Below are positions 18,999-28,129 of a stretch of DNA of 34,520 bases, piece after piece (positions within the stretch are counted from its first letter, which is position 1; every line of letters begins with the position of its first letter). Origin of the DNA: an uncultured Lachnospiraceae bacterium (lineage in GTDB: Bacteria > Bacillota > Clostridia > Lachnospirales > Lachnospiraceae); NCBI GenBank assembly GCA_964370595.1, contig CAYJKD010000005.1:1-34520 (forward strand), given 5' to 3'. The translations under genes were made by a program, and so were the position numbers. The notes beneath the pieces are model-generated. The model was given only the letters and a program-made list of their open reading frames with translations, was not told the DNA's origin and ran no database searches.

Positions 18999-19200
18999 TT
19001 ATGTGTTCTCCTGACTATTTTATTTTTGATATGCTTATCGTTCTTCTTTGCCATGACAGGATCTGCAGTTTCTGTCATGAGTGCCAAATTCTGTGGAATT
19101 TGGTATAATTGTTCTCGTTTTGAATTTTTTGAAGATGGTTTACTAAATCATTACCAAAAAATTTTTTAGAATTCTATATTTTTTTCATGTTTTCATACAA

Positions 19201-19259
19201 ATTATAACATTATCATAAAATTGCTTGCAATTGCTCTATGGTATGATTTATAATCATAC
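19201..19259. promoter_or_regulatory. Divergent promoter pair sharing a palindromic -35, plus 19-bp operator-like palindrome
   Basis: TTGCAA at 19225-19230 with TATAAT 18 nt away on each strand (minus 19206-19201, plus 19249-19254); GTATGATT-TAT-AATCATAC at 19241-19259. Confidence 0.6.
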
Positions 19260-19476
19260 TACTTTGGGATTAGTTTTATATAGTAATATTGCTGATGTGT
19301 TTTGAGATGAAAAAGAAAAAAAGCACATTTTCGATATTTTTGCATGGAGTTTTATATTGGTGCGTGCATTTGATGTGTCAAGTTATACAAAACGGAACAA
19401 TAGGGAAATGTGTTTTGAAAATATAAAATTTTTGGCAGGATTGTTGAATCCTATTTAGAAATATAAGGTGGGAAAG

Positions 19477-20268
19477 ATGAAGTTAATACAAAAAAATGAT
19501 TGGTATTTATTAAATGAAATTATATATGAAGTGTATACCATTCCAATGAAAAATTTACTGATGGATATCGAGTCTAAACTTAAGCCGATAATAAAGTACG
19601 ATTATAGCATATTCCAATTTTATGAGACAGGTGGTATGCAAGGGGAAGAACTGAAAATTTGCAGTAAAAACTTATCAAAGGAATATTTGGAACAGTACGA
19701 AAGGCGTCATAAATCTACTGATTTCACTAATTGGATACTTGCTTCTAATGAATCAATAACATTAAGAATAAGTGATATTTTAACAAAACAAGTTTTTAAA
19801 AATTCAGAAATTTATAGAAATTGGATGTTGCCTATGGGGATTGAATACGGATTGATTAGTGCGATTGCTTCAAGAGGGAAATGTCAAGCAGCTATCTTTT
19901 TGTATAGAGATATCAAGCAGCTTGATTTCTCAAAAAAAGAAGTTGAAATTTTAGCAGTGATTAATGGCCATTTGTGCAATCGGATAAGTCAAGAAATGAA
20001 TACAAAAATGGTATATTTACCAGAAGGTAACTTGAAAGAATTTGCAAAAAAATATGGATTAACTTCAAAAGAGTTTGAACTTTTGAGTTTGGTAGCAATG
20101 GGAAGTAAACGGTCAGATCTTGCTGAAAAATTGTATATATCTAACAATACATTAAAAAAGCACCTAGCAAATATTTATCTCAAATTAGAGATATCTACGT
20201 TCGAGGAGCTTTTATCTATCATTCATAATAAGTTGATTTTTCAAAATAAGGTTCAAAATAATATTTGA
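19477..20268 (+). CDS. LuxR/CsgD-type HTH regulator with N-terminal GAF-like sensor domain
   Basis: C-terminal LTSKEFELL...LAEKLYISNNTLKKHLANIYLKL; no receiver domain; alternative GTG start at 19468. Confidence 0.85.
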   Translation: MKLIQKNDWYLLNEIIYEVYTIPMKNLLMDIESKLKPIIKYDYSIFQFYETGGMQGEELKICSKNLSKEYLEQYERRHKSTDFTNWILASNESITLRISDILTKQVFKNSEIYRNWMLPMGIEYGLISAIASRGKCQAAIFLYRDIKQLDFSKKEVEILAVINGHLCNRISQEMNTKMVYLPEGNLKEFAKKYGLTSKEFELLSLVAMGSKRSDLAEKLYISNNTLKKHLANIYLKLEISTFEELLSIIHNKLIFQNKVQNNI

Positions 20269-20319
20269 TAAAAAATAGGAAGTAGAACAATTTGCATTTT
20301 TATGAAAGAGCAACCTTGT

Positions 20320-20889
20320 TTATTCGAGAATATTTGCGACCATATTGACTGTTTCTTCAATACAATATGCACCATTACCATGTTTGGAAATTTCCTCTGC
20401 TGTAAAAAATAATGTTAAGTCAAAATCATTTTTTATTTTAAATCCACATTTTTCATAGGTGCGTATCGCTTGTGGGTTTTTAATCCATGGACGCATGATA
20501 AACGTAGTGATATTATAGGTTTTGTGGATATATTCTTTCATTAAAGAAACCACACGTGTTCCCAATCCTTTACCTGTAAATTTTTTTGAAATAAACCAAA
20601 TGTGAAATTCTACATTATCTATCGGTGCATCGTGACGCGTGTGATAAAAGATTCCTATAATTTCATTCTCATATTCTATAAATAAATATTTGTTGCAACT
20701 TGCGGTTTCATCAAAAAATTCAGCATGTTCATCTCGTATTTCATTCCAACTAAATTCTTCAACATGATTAAACATAGACAGTATGATACTATGATCTTCC
20801 ATACTAAGGTCATAGATTAAACGGCGGTCGGTCTCTTTTGCATAGAGCAGATTGAATGTTCCGTCTGTAACGCATAAATTTCTTTCCAT
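20320..20889 (-). CDS. GNAT family N-acetyltransferase
   Basis: FTGKGLGT acetyl-CoA motif, NPQAIRTYEKCGF. Confidence 0.85.
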   Translation of the reverse strand: MERNLCVTDGTFNLLYAKETDRRLIYDLSMEDHSIILSMFNHVEEFSWNEIRDEHAEFFDETASCNKYLFIEYENEIIGIFYHTRHDAPIDNVEFHIWFISKKFTGKGLGTRVVSLMKEYIHKTYNITTFIMRPWIKNPQAIRTYEKCGFKIKNDFDLTLFFTAEEISKHGNGAYCIEETVNMVANILE

Positions 20890-20930
20890 AATCTTCTCCT
20901 ATAAGATATAAGGTGCGATATATTGTTCAT

Positions 20931-20976
20931 AAAAAAGCAAAGCTAGCACTTAATCGTTATGTGAGCTTTGCTTTTT
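20931..20976 (-). terminator. Intrinsic terminator downstream of HAD gene
   Basis: AAAAAGCAAAGCT / AGCTTTGCTTTTT perfect 13-bp inverted repeat. Confidence 0.65.
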
Positions 20977-21003
20977 AGCATACAAAATCATAATTAGTTA
21001 TGA

Positions 21004-21837
21004 TTATAATTTTTTGAAAAACTCAAGTTTCTTTTCATCGCAGTAAGTTGAAAAAGTTCCATTTAGTAGGAGGTTCAATCCCTTTTCTCTAAATTCATTC
21101 CAACATTCACGTTCTTCATTTACAATAATAGGATAAAAATAAACCCCACTTTCTTCCGCTGCTTGAAGGTCGCCATGGGCATCTCCAATCATGATTACAT
21201 TCTTTTTTTCATATCCATATTTTAGTAACGAGTTAATACAAACAGTTTTGTTTCCTACTTCTTGAGTCAAGATAGCATTCGTGTAATCGATGATATTATT
21301 TGAGGTCCATTCTTCTGTAACTGCATTTTTATTTGAAGATGAAATTACAACAATATCTGCTTTTTCTCTTATTAGAGATAAACACTTGGGAACACCAGAA
21401 TACGCTGCTTTTAATCGAATATCTAAGCTAGCTATTGCAAGACTCACTTCTTTACTCCAAGCGAGCGCTTGTTTGAGACATGAAGTTCCAACTTGATCTA
21501 GAGTTCGTTTAAGGGCTTGTTCAGATAGTTTAGGCGATGCATTTACCCAAGTAATATAATCATCTAATCCTTCAATCTGCTTATATGTTTGATCAATCAC
21601 TTGTAAAATTAAAGCAAGACCTTTAAATCGATTGATTCCTCTCGTCTTACTAAATAAATTAATATCATTCCATAGATTTAAAACATCTTGACTCCATGGC
21701 TCAAGGCTCCAGAACTTTACCACCATGGGACCAAAACACTGTTTGTGTTTGATATTCATGGTATCAATTGCACAACCATCAGAATCTACACATATAAGGT
21801 AGTCTTTGCTTTTATTAAATTCTAGTAATTCATTCAT
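21004..21837 (-). CDS. HAD-superfamily hydrolase/phosphatase
   Basis: Motif I DSDGCAID, motif II VISSS, K, motif IV MIGDAHGD; ATG at 21837 after GGAGAA. Confidence 0.85.
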   Translation of the reverse strand: MNELLEFNKSKDYLICVDSDGCAIDTMNIKHKQCFGPMVVKFWSLEPWSQDVLNLWNDINLFSKTRGINRFKGLALILQVIDQTYKQIEGLDDYITWVNASPKLSEQALKRTLDQVGTSCLKQALAWSKEVSLAIASLDIRLKAAYSGVPKCLSLIREKADIVVISSSNKNAVTEEWTSNNIIDYTNAILTQEVGNKTVCINSLLKYGYEKKNVIMIGDAHGDLQAAEESGVYFYPIIVNEERECWNEFREKGLNLLLNGTFSTYCDEKKLEFFKKL

Positions 21838-21891
21838 ATTTTCTCCATGTTGATTTAGAATCATGAGTTTGTTCTCATCATCAACGCCTTA

Positions 21892-21920
21892 AGTATAAGT
21901 TTTCTTAAGGTATATGTCAA
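21892..21920 (-). promoter_or_regulatory. Near-consensus sigma-A promoter of HAD gene
   Basis: TTGACA, 17 nt, TATACT on minus strand. Confidence 0.75.
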
Positions 21921-22000
21921 GCCATGCAGTTTATATCAAGGTTCAATATTAACATAGAATAAATCTGTATTTAATTTTTTTGCTTCAATGGCATTTGCTA

Positions 22001-23149
22001 TTATAATAGAGATTCATAGAGGGATTTAATATCAGCAACAGAGGTTTCTTTTGGATTACCTGGGCGGCATGCGTCTGCATAAGCAGATTCTGCTAGGAAA
22101 TCTAAATCTTTTGCAGATGCAATATCTTTTAAGTTAGATGGAATGCCAACATCTAAAGATAGTTGTTTGACAGCAGAAACAGCAGCAGAGCGATATTCTT
22201 CTTGGCTCATAGATTCAACTCCAGCTACTCCCATTGCTCTAGCAATATGCTTATATTTTTCACCAGTAGCCTCAGCATTATAAGCCATAACGGTAGGAAG
22301 AATAATCGCATTTGCTATTCCATGAGGAGTATCATACAATGCACCTAGAGGGTGCGCCATAGAGTGAACGATGCCTAAACCAACGTTTGAAAATCCCATT
22401 CCAGCAATATATTGGCCTAGTGCCATATCACTGCGACCTTCTGGTGTATTTTCAACAGCAGCTCTTAATGAACGTGAGATAATCTCGATTGCCTTTAAAT
22501 GGAACATATCTGATAATTCCCATGCACCAGCTGTGATATAGCCTTCAATAGCATGTGTTAAAGCATCCATTCCTGTTGCAGCAGTAAGATTCTTTGGCAT
22601 GCTACTCATCATATCAGGATCAACAATGGCAACTACAGGAATATCATGAGGATCCACACAAACCATTTTACGTTTCTTCTCGACGTCTGTGATAACATAG
22701 TTTATAGTAACTTCTGCAGCAGTTCCAGCAGTTGTTGGAACGGCAATGATAGGAATACTTTTATTTTTGGTATCTGCAACTCCTTCAAGGCTACGCACAT
22801 CGCTAAAATCAGGATTCGCAATAATAATGCCGATTGCTTTTGCTGTATCGATGGAAGAACCACCGCCGATTGCAATAATATAATCCGCTTCCGCTCTTTT
22901 ATACGCGTCTACGCCATTTTGCACATTATCAATTGTTGGATTAGCCTGAATATCTGAAAATAGCTCATAATTTAAATTATGAGATTTAAGGACATCCAAT
23001 ACCTTATCAGCAATACCGAGACGAAGTAGGTCTGAATCTGAACATACAAGTGCTTTGTTTAATCCTCGCATCTTTGCTTCCGTTGCGATGTTTTGAATGG
23101 CCCCTTGTCCGTGGTACGATGTTTCGTTTAATATAAATCTGTAACTCAT
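22001..23149 (-). CDS. fucO: Lactaldehyde reductase-like iron-containing alcohol dehydrogenase
   Basis: RFILNETSYHG.G, GGGSSIDTAK, PTTAGTAAEVT, DALTHAIEGY, HSMAHPLGALYDTPHG; ATG after GGAGG. Confidence 0.88.
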   Translation of the reverse strand: MSYRFILNETSYHGQGAIQNIATEAKMRGLNKALVCSDSDLLRLGIADKVLDVLKSHNLNYELFSDIQANPTIDNVQNGVDAYKRAEADYIIAIGGGSSIDTAKAIGIIIANPDFSDVRSLEGVADTKNKSIPIIAVPTTAGTAAEVTINYVITDVEKKRKMVCVDPHDIPVVAIVDPDMMSSMPKNLTAATGMDALTHAIEGYITAGAWELSDMFHLKAIEIISRSLRAAVENTPEGRSDMALGQYIAGMGFSNVGLGIVHSMAHPLGALYDTPHGIANAIILPTVMAYNAEATGEKYKHIARAMGVAGVESMSQEEYRSAAVSAVKQLSLDVGIPSNLKDIASAKDLDFLAESAYADACRPGNPKETSVADIKSLYESLL

Positions 23150-23189
23150 ATTTACTACCTCCATTATTTTTATAAGGATTTAACCTTTC

Positions 23190-23207
23190 TTGATAATATT
23201 TTATCAA
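23190..23207. promoter_or_regulatory. Rex-like operator at the fucO promoter
   Basis: Perfect 7-4-7 palindrome TTGATAA-TATT-TTATCAA just downstream of minus-strand TATAAT (23215-23210). Confidence 0.6.
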
Positions 23208-23252
23208 TGATTATAAATGGATACAAGTTACAGACTTGCAATTGTGTCACTT

Positions 23253-23801
23253 TTAAGAAAAAACAAGTAATAAATCTCTTAAATTCAAAGGAAGTGCTTG
23301 CTCTAGTAGAAGTGCCATTTCAGTAGGTGAAGGTCTGTTTTTTTGTTTAACCCAGGCGACAGTTTGTGCAATTGAGCCACGACAATATAATTCTAGAGAA
23401 AAGATGATTTCAGGTGTAAGGGGGATTTTGGTTTTATGATAAATAAGCCTCGAATAGAATTCGAGAATATATCGGTAATCGTATTCTATAAGTGATTGGT
23501 AAGAGCTAGTTTGAAAAGCCGCTTGAAAGAATATTTGTTCCTTTTCAATAAATTGAAATTTTTTTTCCAACGCTTGGCGTAGTGTGTTTTTTTCATTCAT
23601 GGTATGGAAAGAGTCTTGGACTAAGATTTCAAAATACCAGTTGACTAGAGCGTACTTATCCTCAAAGTGTCGATAGAATGTCTGGCGTGTTAACATACAT
23701 CCCTCGACAATATCCTTAACTGTAATCTTTTCTAATGGGTATAGTTGCATGAGTTTTATTAAAGAACTAGCTAGTTTGTACGGTGTTTTTTCATTATTCA
23801 T
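23253..23801 (-). CDS. TetR-family regulator (DhaS-like)
   Basis: EKITVKDIVEGCMLTRQTFYRHFEDKYALVNW HTH; start overlaps GGDEF gene end. Confidence 0.87.
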   Translation of the reverse strand: MNNEKTPYKLASSLIKLMQLYPLEKITVKDIVEGCMLTRQTFYRHFEDKYALVNWYFEILVQDSFHTMNEKNTLRQALEKKFQFIEKEQIFFQAAFQTSSYQSLIEYDYRYILEFYSRLIYHKTKIPLTPEIIFSLELYCRGSIAQTVAWVKQKNRPSPTEMALLLEQALPLNLRDLLLVFS

Positions 23802-25455
23802 TGTGACGATCCTTCTTAGGGTTTTGTTTCGTATCAATATCTAAATTTGGGTCATATAGTGTAAATGTATTTTTTCCAGAATGTTTTGAGTGATACATTG
23901 CAATATCTGCAGCATTGAAGAGTTCTTGATAGGTTGAACCATGCATACTAGCAATTGCAATGCCAATACTTGGAGTAACTGAAACAACCTGCTTATTAGG
24001 AGCAGTGTAATCTTTGGCAAGCATTTTACACATGGTTTCTGCTTTGTTTTTTATAACATCCATGGATATTGTGTCCTTCATAAATACAACAAATTCGTCA
24101 CCACCAACACGACCAATAATATCCTGTTCTCTAAAAATATGAATAGCATTCATACACATCTCTTTTAGAACTTCATCTCCAAAGCTATGTCCAAAGGTAT
24201 CATTGACTCCTTTAAAATTATCAAGATCAAACATATAAAGGACACCGAGTCCACCATTATATAAATAAGAATCAACCTGTGAAGAGGTCATGATCTTATT
24301 ACAAGCCCCTGTTAAGGAATCTTTTTCAGCACGGAAACGTAAATCTAATTCTAATTCTTTTTCTGATTGAATACATGATATTGTAGCAATTGCAATAATG
24401 TCACCATCATCAGCTTCACTTAAGGTTATTTCTGAGCGGTACCACTGAATTTGCCCATCAAGAATAAGTGCTCGATAATCACAAATCATTCGACGTAGGC
24501 TATTATTGTATTTGGTTAATAGCTTACTGGGCAATATAAATTCAAGTACAAGAGAGCGATCGGAAGGATGTACAGTTTTTTCCACCATTGTTTCTATAAA
24601 TGTGGTAAAATTATCAATTGTACCTAGCGATTCAACTTCTCCATTTCGTATAAAGGTAATGAGTTTTTCTTTGGTGCAATTTATTTCCATAACAGCTGCA
24701 GCTCTATCAAATAGAGCATTTTTATAAACACGTTCCTGTAGCATTATTTCAGACAGCTCTTGATGTTTTAATTTATAGTCATGAAAAATGACGATACGAA
24801 TCATCATCCATAATCCTAAATATAATCCACTGAGTAATACGAGAGGGAGAATTATTTGGGGAATTTCCATGGAAACAGATGTAGTTTGGCTATCATAAAT
24901 ACCACCATTATAAATCATATAGATAAGAAAAACAGTTGACATTAAACAAAATGGAAATGTAAATTCTTTATTTTGATTGATTATTTTCAAATAAATTTCG
25001 GGAATTAATTTTATAACAAGAATAATAGCAAGTAAATGTATTGCTAAGGTTATAAAGATGGTAACTTCTGGATACCAATCTTTATGTGATATATCGAATA
25101 ATGATATATTTGTAATAAGAGAAATTGTTGAAGTTACAATAGCACGTAAACATAAAATATGCAGTATTAATGCTGAACTACATGTAATGATACCAGTTAG
25201 TGGATTGTGAAAACAAATAATAAACTCAAGGCTGAGTATTAGTGCGAGCGTAAAGAAAAAAAATGTATAATTCGTGTGAATGTATGGTAAAATAAGGTAA
25301 ATGGAAATGGCATTGGTGATACATAGTACATAAGTAATTGATTTTGAAAAGCGGTAACGATTAAGTACTCGACCAGCAAATGCAAATAGAGCATAGTTAT
25401 ATAAAGTGACGAATAAGATAAAACCAATAATTAGAAAAAAATTAAGATTATTCAT
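23794..25455 (-). CDS. Multi-TM diguanylate cyclase (TM region, PAS-like, GGDEF)
   Basis: About 7 N-terminal TMs, VHPSDR PAS-like segment, DSLTG, DLDNFKGVNDTFGH, REQD I-site, GGDEF; ATG after GGAGG. Confidence 0.9.
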   Translation of the reverse strand: MNNLNFFLIIGFILFVTLYNYALFAFAGRVLNRYRFSKSITYVLCITNAISIYLILPYIHTNYTFFFFTLALILSLEFIICFHNPLTGIITCSSALILHILCLRAIVTSTISLITNISLFDISHKDWYPEVTIFITLAIHLLAIILVIKLIPEIYLKIINQNKEFTFPFCLMSTVFLIYMIYNGGIYDSQTTSVSMEIPQIILPLVLLSGLYLGLWMMIRIVIFHDYKLKHQELSEIMLQERVYKNALFDRAAAVMEINCTKEKLITFIRNGEVESLGTIDNFTTFIETMVEKTVHPSDRSLVLEFILPSKLLTKYNNSLRRMICDYRALILDGQIQWYRSEITLSEADDGDIIAIATISCIQSEKELELDLRFRAEKDSLTGACNKIMTSSQVDSYLYNGGLGVLYMFDLDNFKGVNDTFGHSFGDEVLKEMCMNAIHIFREQDIIGRVGGDEFVVFMKDTISMDVIKNKAETMCKMLAKDYTAPNKQVVSVTPSIGIAIASMHGSTYQELFNAADIAMYHSKHSGKNTFTLYDPNLDIDTKQNPKKDRHNE

Positions 25456-25484
25456 AAAATGAAACCTCCGTGTTAACGATATGA

Positions 25485-26363
25485 TCATTCGGTTTTTTTA
25501 TCTATGATTACATCTGTAATCAATCCTACTGTAACAATGAGGCCGCCGATTAGATTGATTGTGGGAATTTCATTGATAATGAGCATATCAATAATCACTC
25601 CTGCAAATATTTGTCCAATAAAAATCACTATGGATAATCCATAAGAAGGGAGTTTTGGGACACATATAATCGATAGAAATATTGTAATCGTTCCAATGGC
25701 ACCACCAACATAAAGAAATATATTTGGTGTTAATGTAAATGTCGTAAGGAAAGGTTCTCCTTGCCCTAATAAGATTAGTGTTACGATAGAACAGAGTAAT
25801 CCAGTAATATAGGTGTAAAGTGTACTAATTCCAATATTTGATTTTTCTGCTAATTTTCCATTGGCAACACGTTGTAAAACTAAAGCTGATCCAACGAAAA
25901 ATGACAGAAGCATTGCAACTATATGAACTTGTCTGATCATAAAAATAGCACCAATTCCCATGATGAGTAATGAAATTAGTCGCAAAGGGTTTAGCTTGTA
26001 AATGCGCATTTCGAACAATCCAAAGTGATCAATGATTAAGCCAGTGATGCTTTGTCCTAGTAGACCAAGTGCTAAAATTGCAGATACTCCAAGTGGTTCG
26101 AAAGCATAATTATTTCCGATTGTAGCAATAACACCCAAAACTCCACCTAAGTAAAAATACCAAGGTTGAAAGTTTTTAAAGGGGTTTGTTTTTTTTAAGA
26201 TTAAAATAATTGTCATAATAGTGAGTCCTACTAAATGAATGATTACAGAAGAACTATAAAGCCCTACAGAATCTGTGAGTTTTCCGTTTGCAGTTATCAT
26301 TAAAGAGATAAGGACACCCGTTAAAAGTGCTAATAAGTAGTAGATGATAGTATTCCTCCTCAT
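25485..26363 (-). CDS. DMT-superfamily transporter (duplicated YdcZ-like); start uncertain
   Basis: Two internally similar halves (NGKL..., YLGGVLG/YVGGAIG, GQ...IID); about 10 TMs. Confidence 0.82.
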   Translation of the reverse strand: MRRNTIIYYLLALLTGVLISLMITANGKLTDSVGLYSSSVIIHLVGLTIMTIILILKKTNPFKNFQPWYFYLGGVLGVIATIGNNYAFEPLGVSAILALGLLGQSITGLIIDHFGLFEMRIYKLNPLRLISLLIMGIGAIFMIRQVHIVAMLLSFFVGSALVLQRVANGKLAEKSNIGISTLYTYITGLLCSIVTLILLGQGEPFLTTFTLTPNIFLYVGGAIGTITIFLSIICVPKLPSYGLSIVIFIGQIFAGVIIDMLIINEIPTINLIGGLIVTVGLITDVIIDKKTE

Positions 26364-26484
26364 TTGCAAAGATATATTAGCATTATATCATGTATAAGAG
26401 TGTAAAGTCTATGAAAGAAAGCATTTAATTCATTGACAAATATATCAGGTAAAAGTAAATGTTGTTCCAGTAAAAGGAGATAAG

Positions 26485-27933
26485 ATGTTAAATAGTAAAA
26501 ATCAATTTAGTCGTTTTCTATTGTCAGATGAAATCATAGAATCATTGAATATTCTGGAAATGGTAGAGCCTACAGATATTCAAAAAGAAGTAATTCCTCG
26601 AATTTTAAACGGAGAAAATGTGATAGCAAAATCTCAAACAGGAAGTGGAAAAACAGCTGCTTTTGGAATTCCCTTATGTGAACATATAAACTGGGATGAG
26701 CGATTACCACAAGTTCTAGTACTTGAGCCAACAAGAGAATTAACGGTTCAAGTGAAACAAGAAATCTTCTATATCGGAAGAGCAAAACGAATTAAAGTGG
26801 CAGATATATTTGGAGGTTTTCCTATTGATAAACAGATTCAAACATTGAAGCAGAGAACTCATATTGTGGTTGGAACCCCTGGAAGAACACTTGATCATAT
26901 CCGAAGAGAAAGTTTAAGGTTGGATAATATTAAGCACTTAGTTATTGATGAAGCTGATCTGATGCTAGATATGGGATTTGCAGAAGAAGTAAAAGGAATT
27001 ATTGAAATTTTGCCGAAAAATATTGGAATTTATCTTTTTTCAGCTACGATGAATGATAAGGTAAAAGATTTAATCACACAGATGAATTGCGAGGCGGAAA
27101 AGATAGAGTTGGTATCCGATCTTCATATTGGTAATATGATATTGCAAAAGCTTTACCGTGTAGAATATGAGGAAAAGTATTCAGAATTTTTGAAGTTGTT
27201 GATTAGTGAAAACCCAGATAGAGCAATGATTTTTTGCGGAACAAGGGAGATGGTTGAAATACTTGGAAGAAAGCTGCAAAAAGAAAAAATTCGATGTGGG
27301 TTGCTACATGGAGAAATTGAGCAAAGAGCAAGAATTCGTGCAATTGAAGGATTTAAAAAAGGACAATTTCGATTTTTGATTACAACAGACATATCTGCGC
27401 GAGGAGTAGATGTAGACTCATTGAGTCATGTAATCAACTATGATTTCCCAACAGGGAGAGAAACTTACGTACATCGAATAGGACGAACTGGTAGAAATGG
27501 AGCAAAAGGGATTGCACTTAGTCTCGTAACAAAAGAAGATGAGCGAATGGTTGAGATGGTTGAAGAGCATATGCAATTACAATTGACATTTGTTCAATTG
27601 CCAATAATAGATGAAAATGAAACTAAGGTATTCTATAATAAGCAAAAAGTAGGAATGAAAAGAACAAAAACAAAAGATGAAAAATTTAGAGAGACCGTGA
27701 CAAAATTAACTATAGGTGGCGGACGAAAATCAAAAATGAGAGCTGTGGATATTGTAGGCGCAATTTGCAATATTGAAGGTGTTAAAAGTGATGACATTGG
27801 AGTTATTGATGTAAGAGATAGCTTTACTAATATTGAAATTTTAAATGGTAAAGGAGCTATTGTTTATGAAGCTTTAAAAACTCATCCTATTAAAGGCAAG
27901 TGTAGAAAAGTTAAACGTTTTGGAAAAATATAA
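26485..27933 (+). CDS. dbpA: DEAD-box RNA helicase with C-terminal DbpA RNA-binding domain
   Basis: PTDIQ, QTGSGKT, PTREL, DEAD, SAT, HRIGRTGR, GGRKSKMRAVDIVGAI. Confidence 0.88.
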   Translation: MLNSKNQFSRFLLSDEIIESLNILEMVEPTDIQKEVIPRILNGENVIAKSQTGSGKTAAFGIPLCEHINWDERLPQVLVLEPTRELTVQVKQEIFYIGRAKRIKVADIFGGFPIDKQIQTLKQRTHIVVGTPGRTLDHIRRESLRLDNIKHLVIDEADLMLDMGFAEEVKGIIEILPKNIGIYLFSATMNDKVKDLITQMNCEAEKIELVSDLHIGNMILQKLYRVEYEEKYSEFLKLLISENPDRAMIFCGTREMVEILGRKLQKEKIRCGLLHGEIEQRARIRAIEGFKKGQFRFLITTDISARGVDVDSLSHVINYDFPTGRETYVHRIGRTGRNGAKGIALSLVTKEDERMVEMVEEHMQLQLTFVQLPIIDENETKVFYNKQKVGMKRTKTKDEKFRETVTKLTIGGGRKSKMRAVDIVGAICNIEGVKSDDIGVIDVRDSFTNIEILNGKGAIVYEALKTHPIKGKCRKVKRFGKI

Positions 27934-27944
27934 AACTGTTTTGA

Positions 27945-27994
27945 AAGAGAACGAAAGCTATTAGAATTCATTTGTAGCATTCGTTCTTTTGTTT
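27945..27994 (+). terminator. Intrinsic terminator after helicase
   Basis: AGAACGAAAGCTA / TAGCATTCGTTCT followed by TTTGTTT. Confidence 0.7.
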
Positions 27995-28038
27995 GTATTG
28001 GAATATCTATGCTTAATAGATGTATTATATATTTCATA

Positions 28039-28067
28039 TTGACAAGGGGGCTAGAATATAGTACATT
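28039..28067 (+). promoter_or_regulatory. Distal candidate promoter of ahpC
   Basis: TTGACA, 17 nt, TACATT. Confidence 0.5.
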
Positions 28068-28129
28068 GGTTAGATAAAACTAACTCAAGAAAACAAAATG
28101 TAATTAATTGATGGAGTTATAGAAAAATA

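Noticed and set aside
20320..20889. Aminoglycoside acetyltransferase resistance gene
   Set aside because: Only generic GNAT motifs are visible; no mobile context; substrate cannot be assigned
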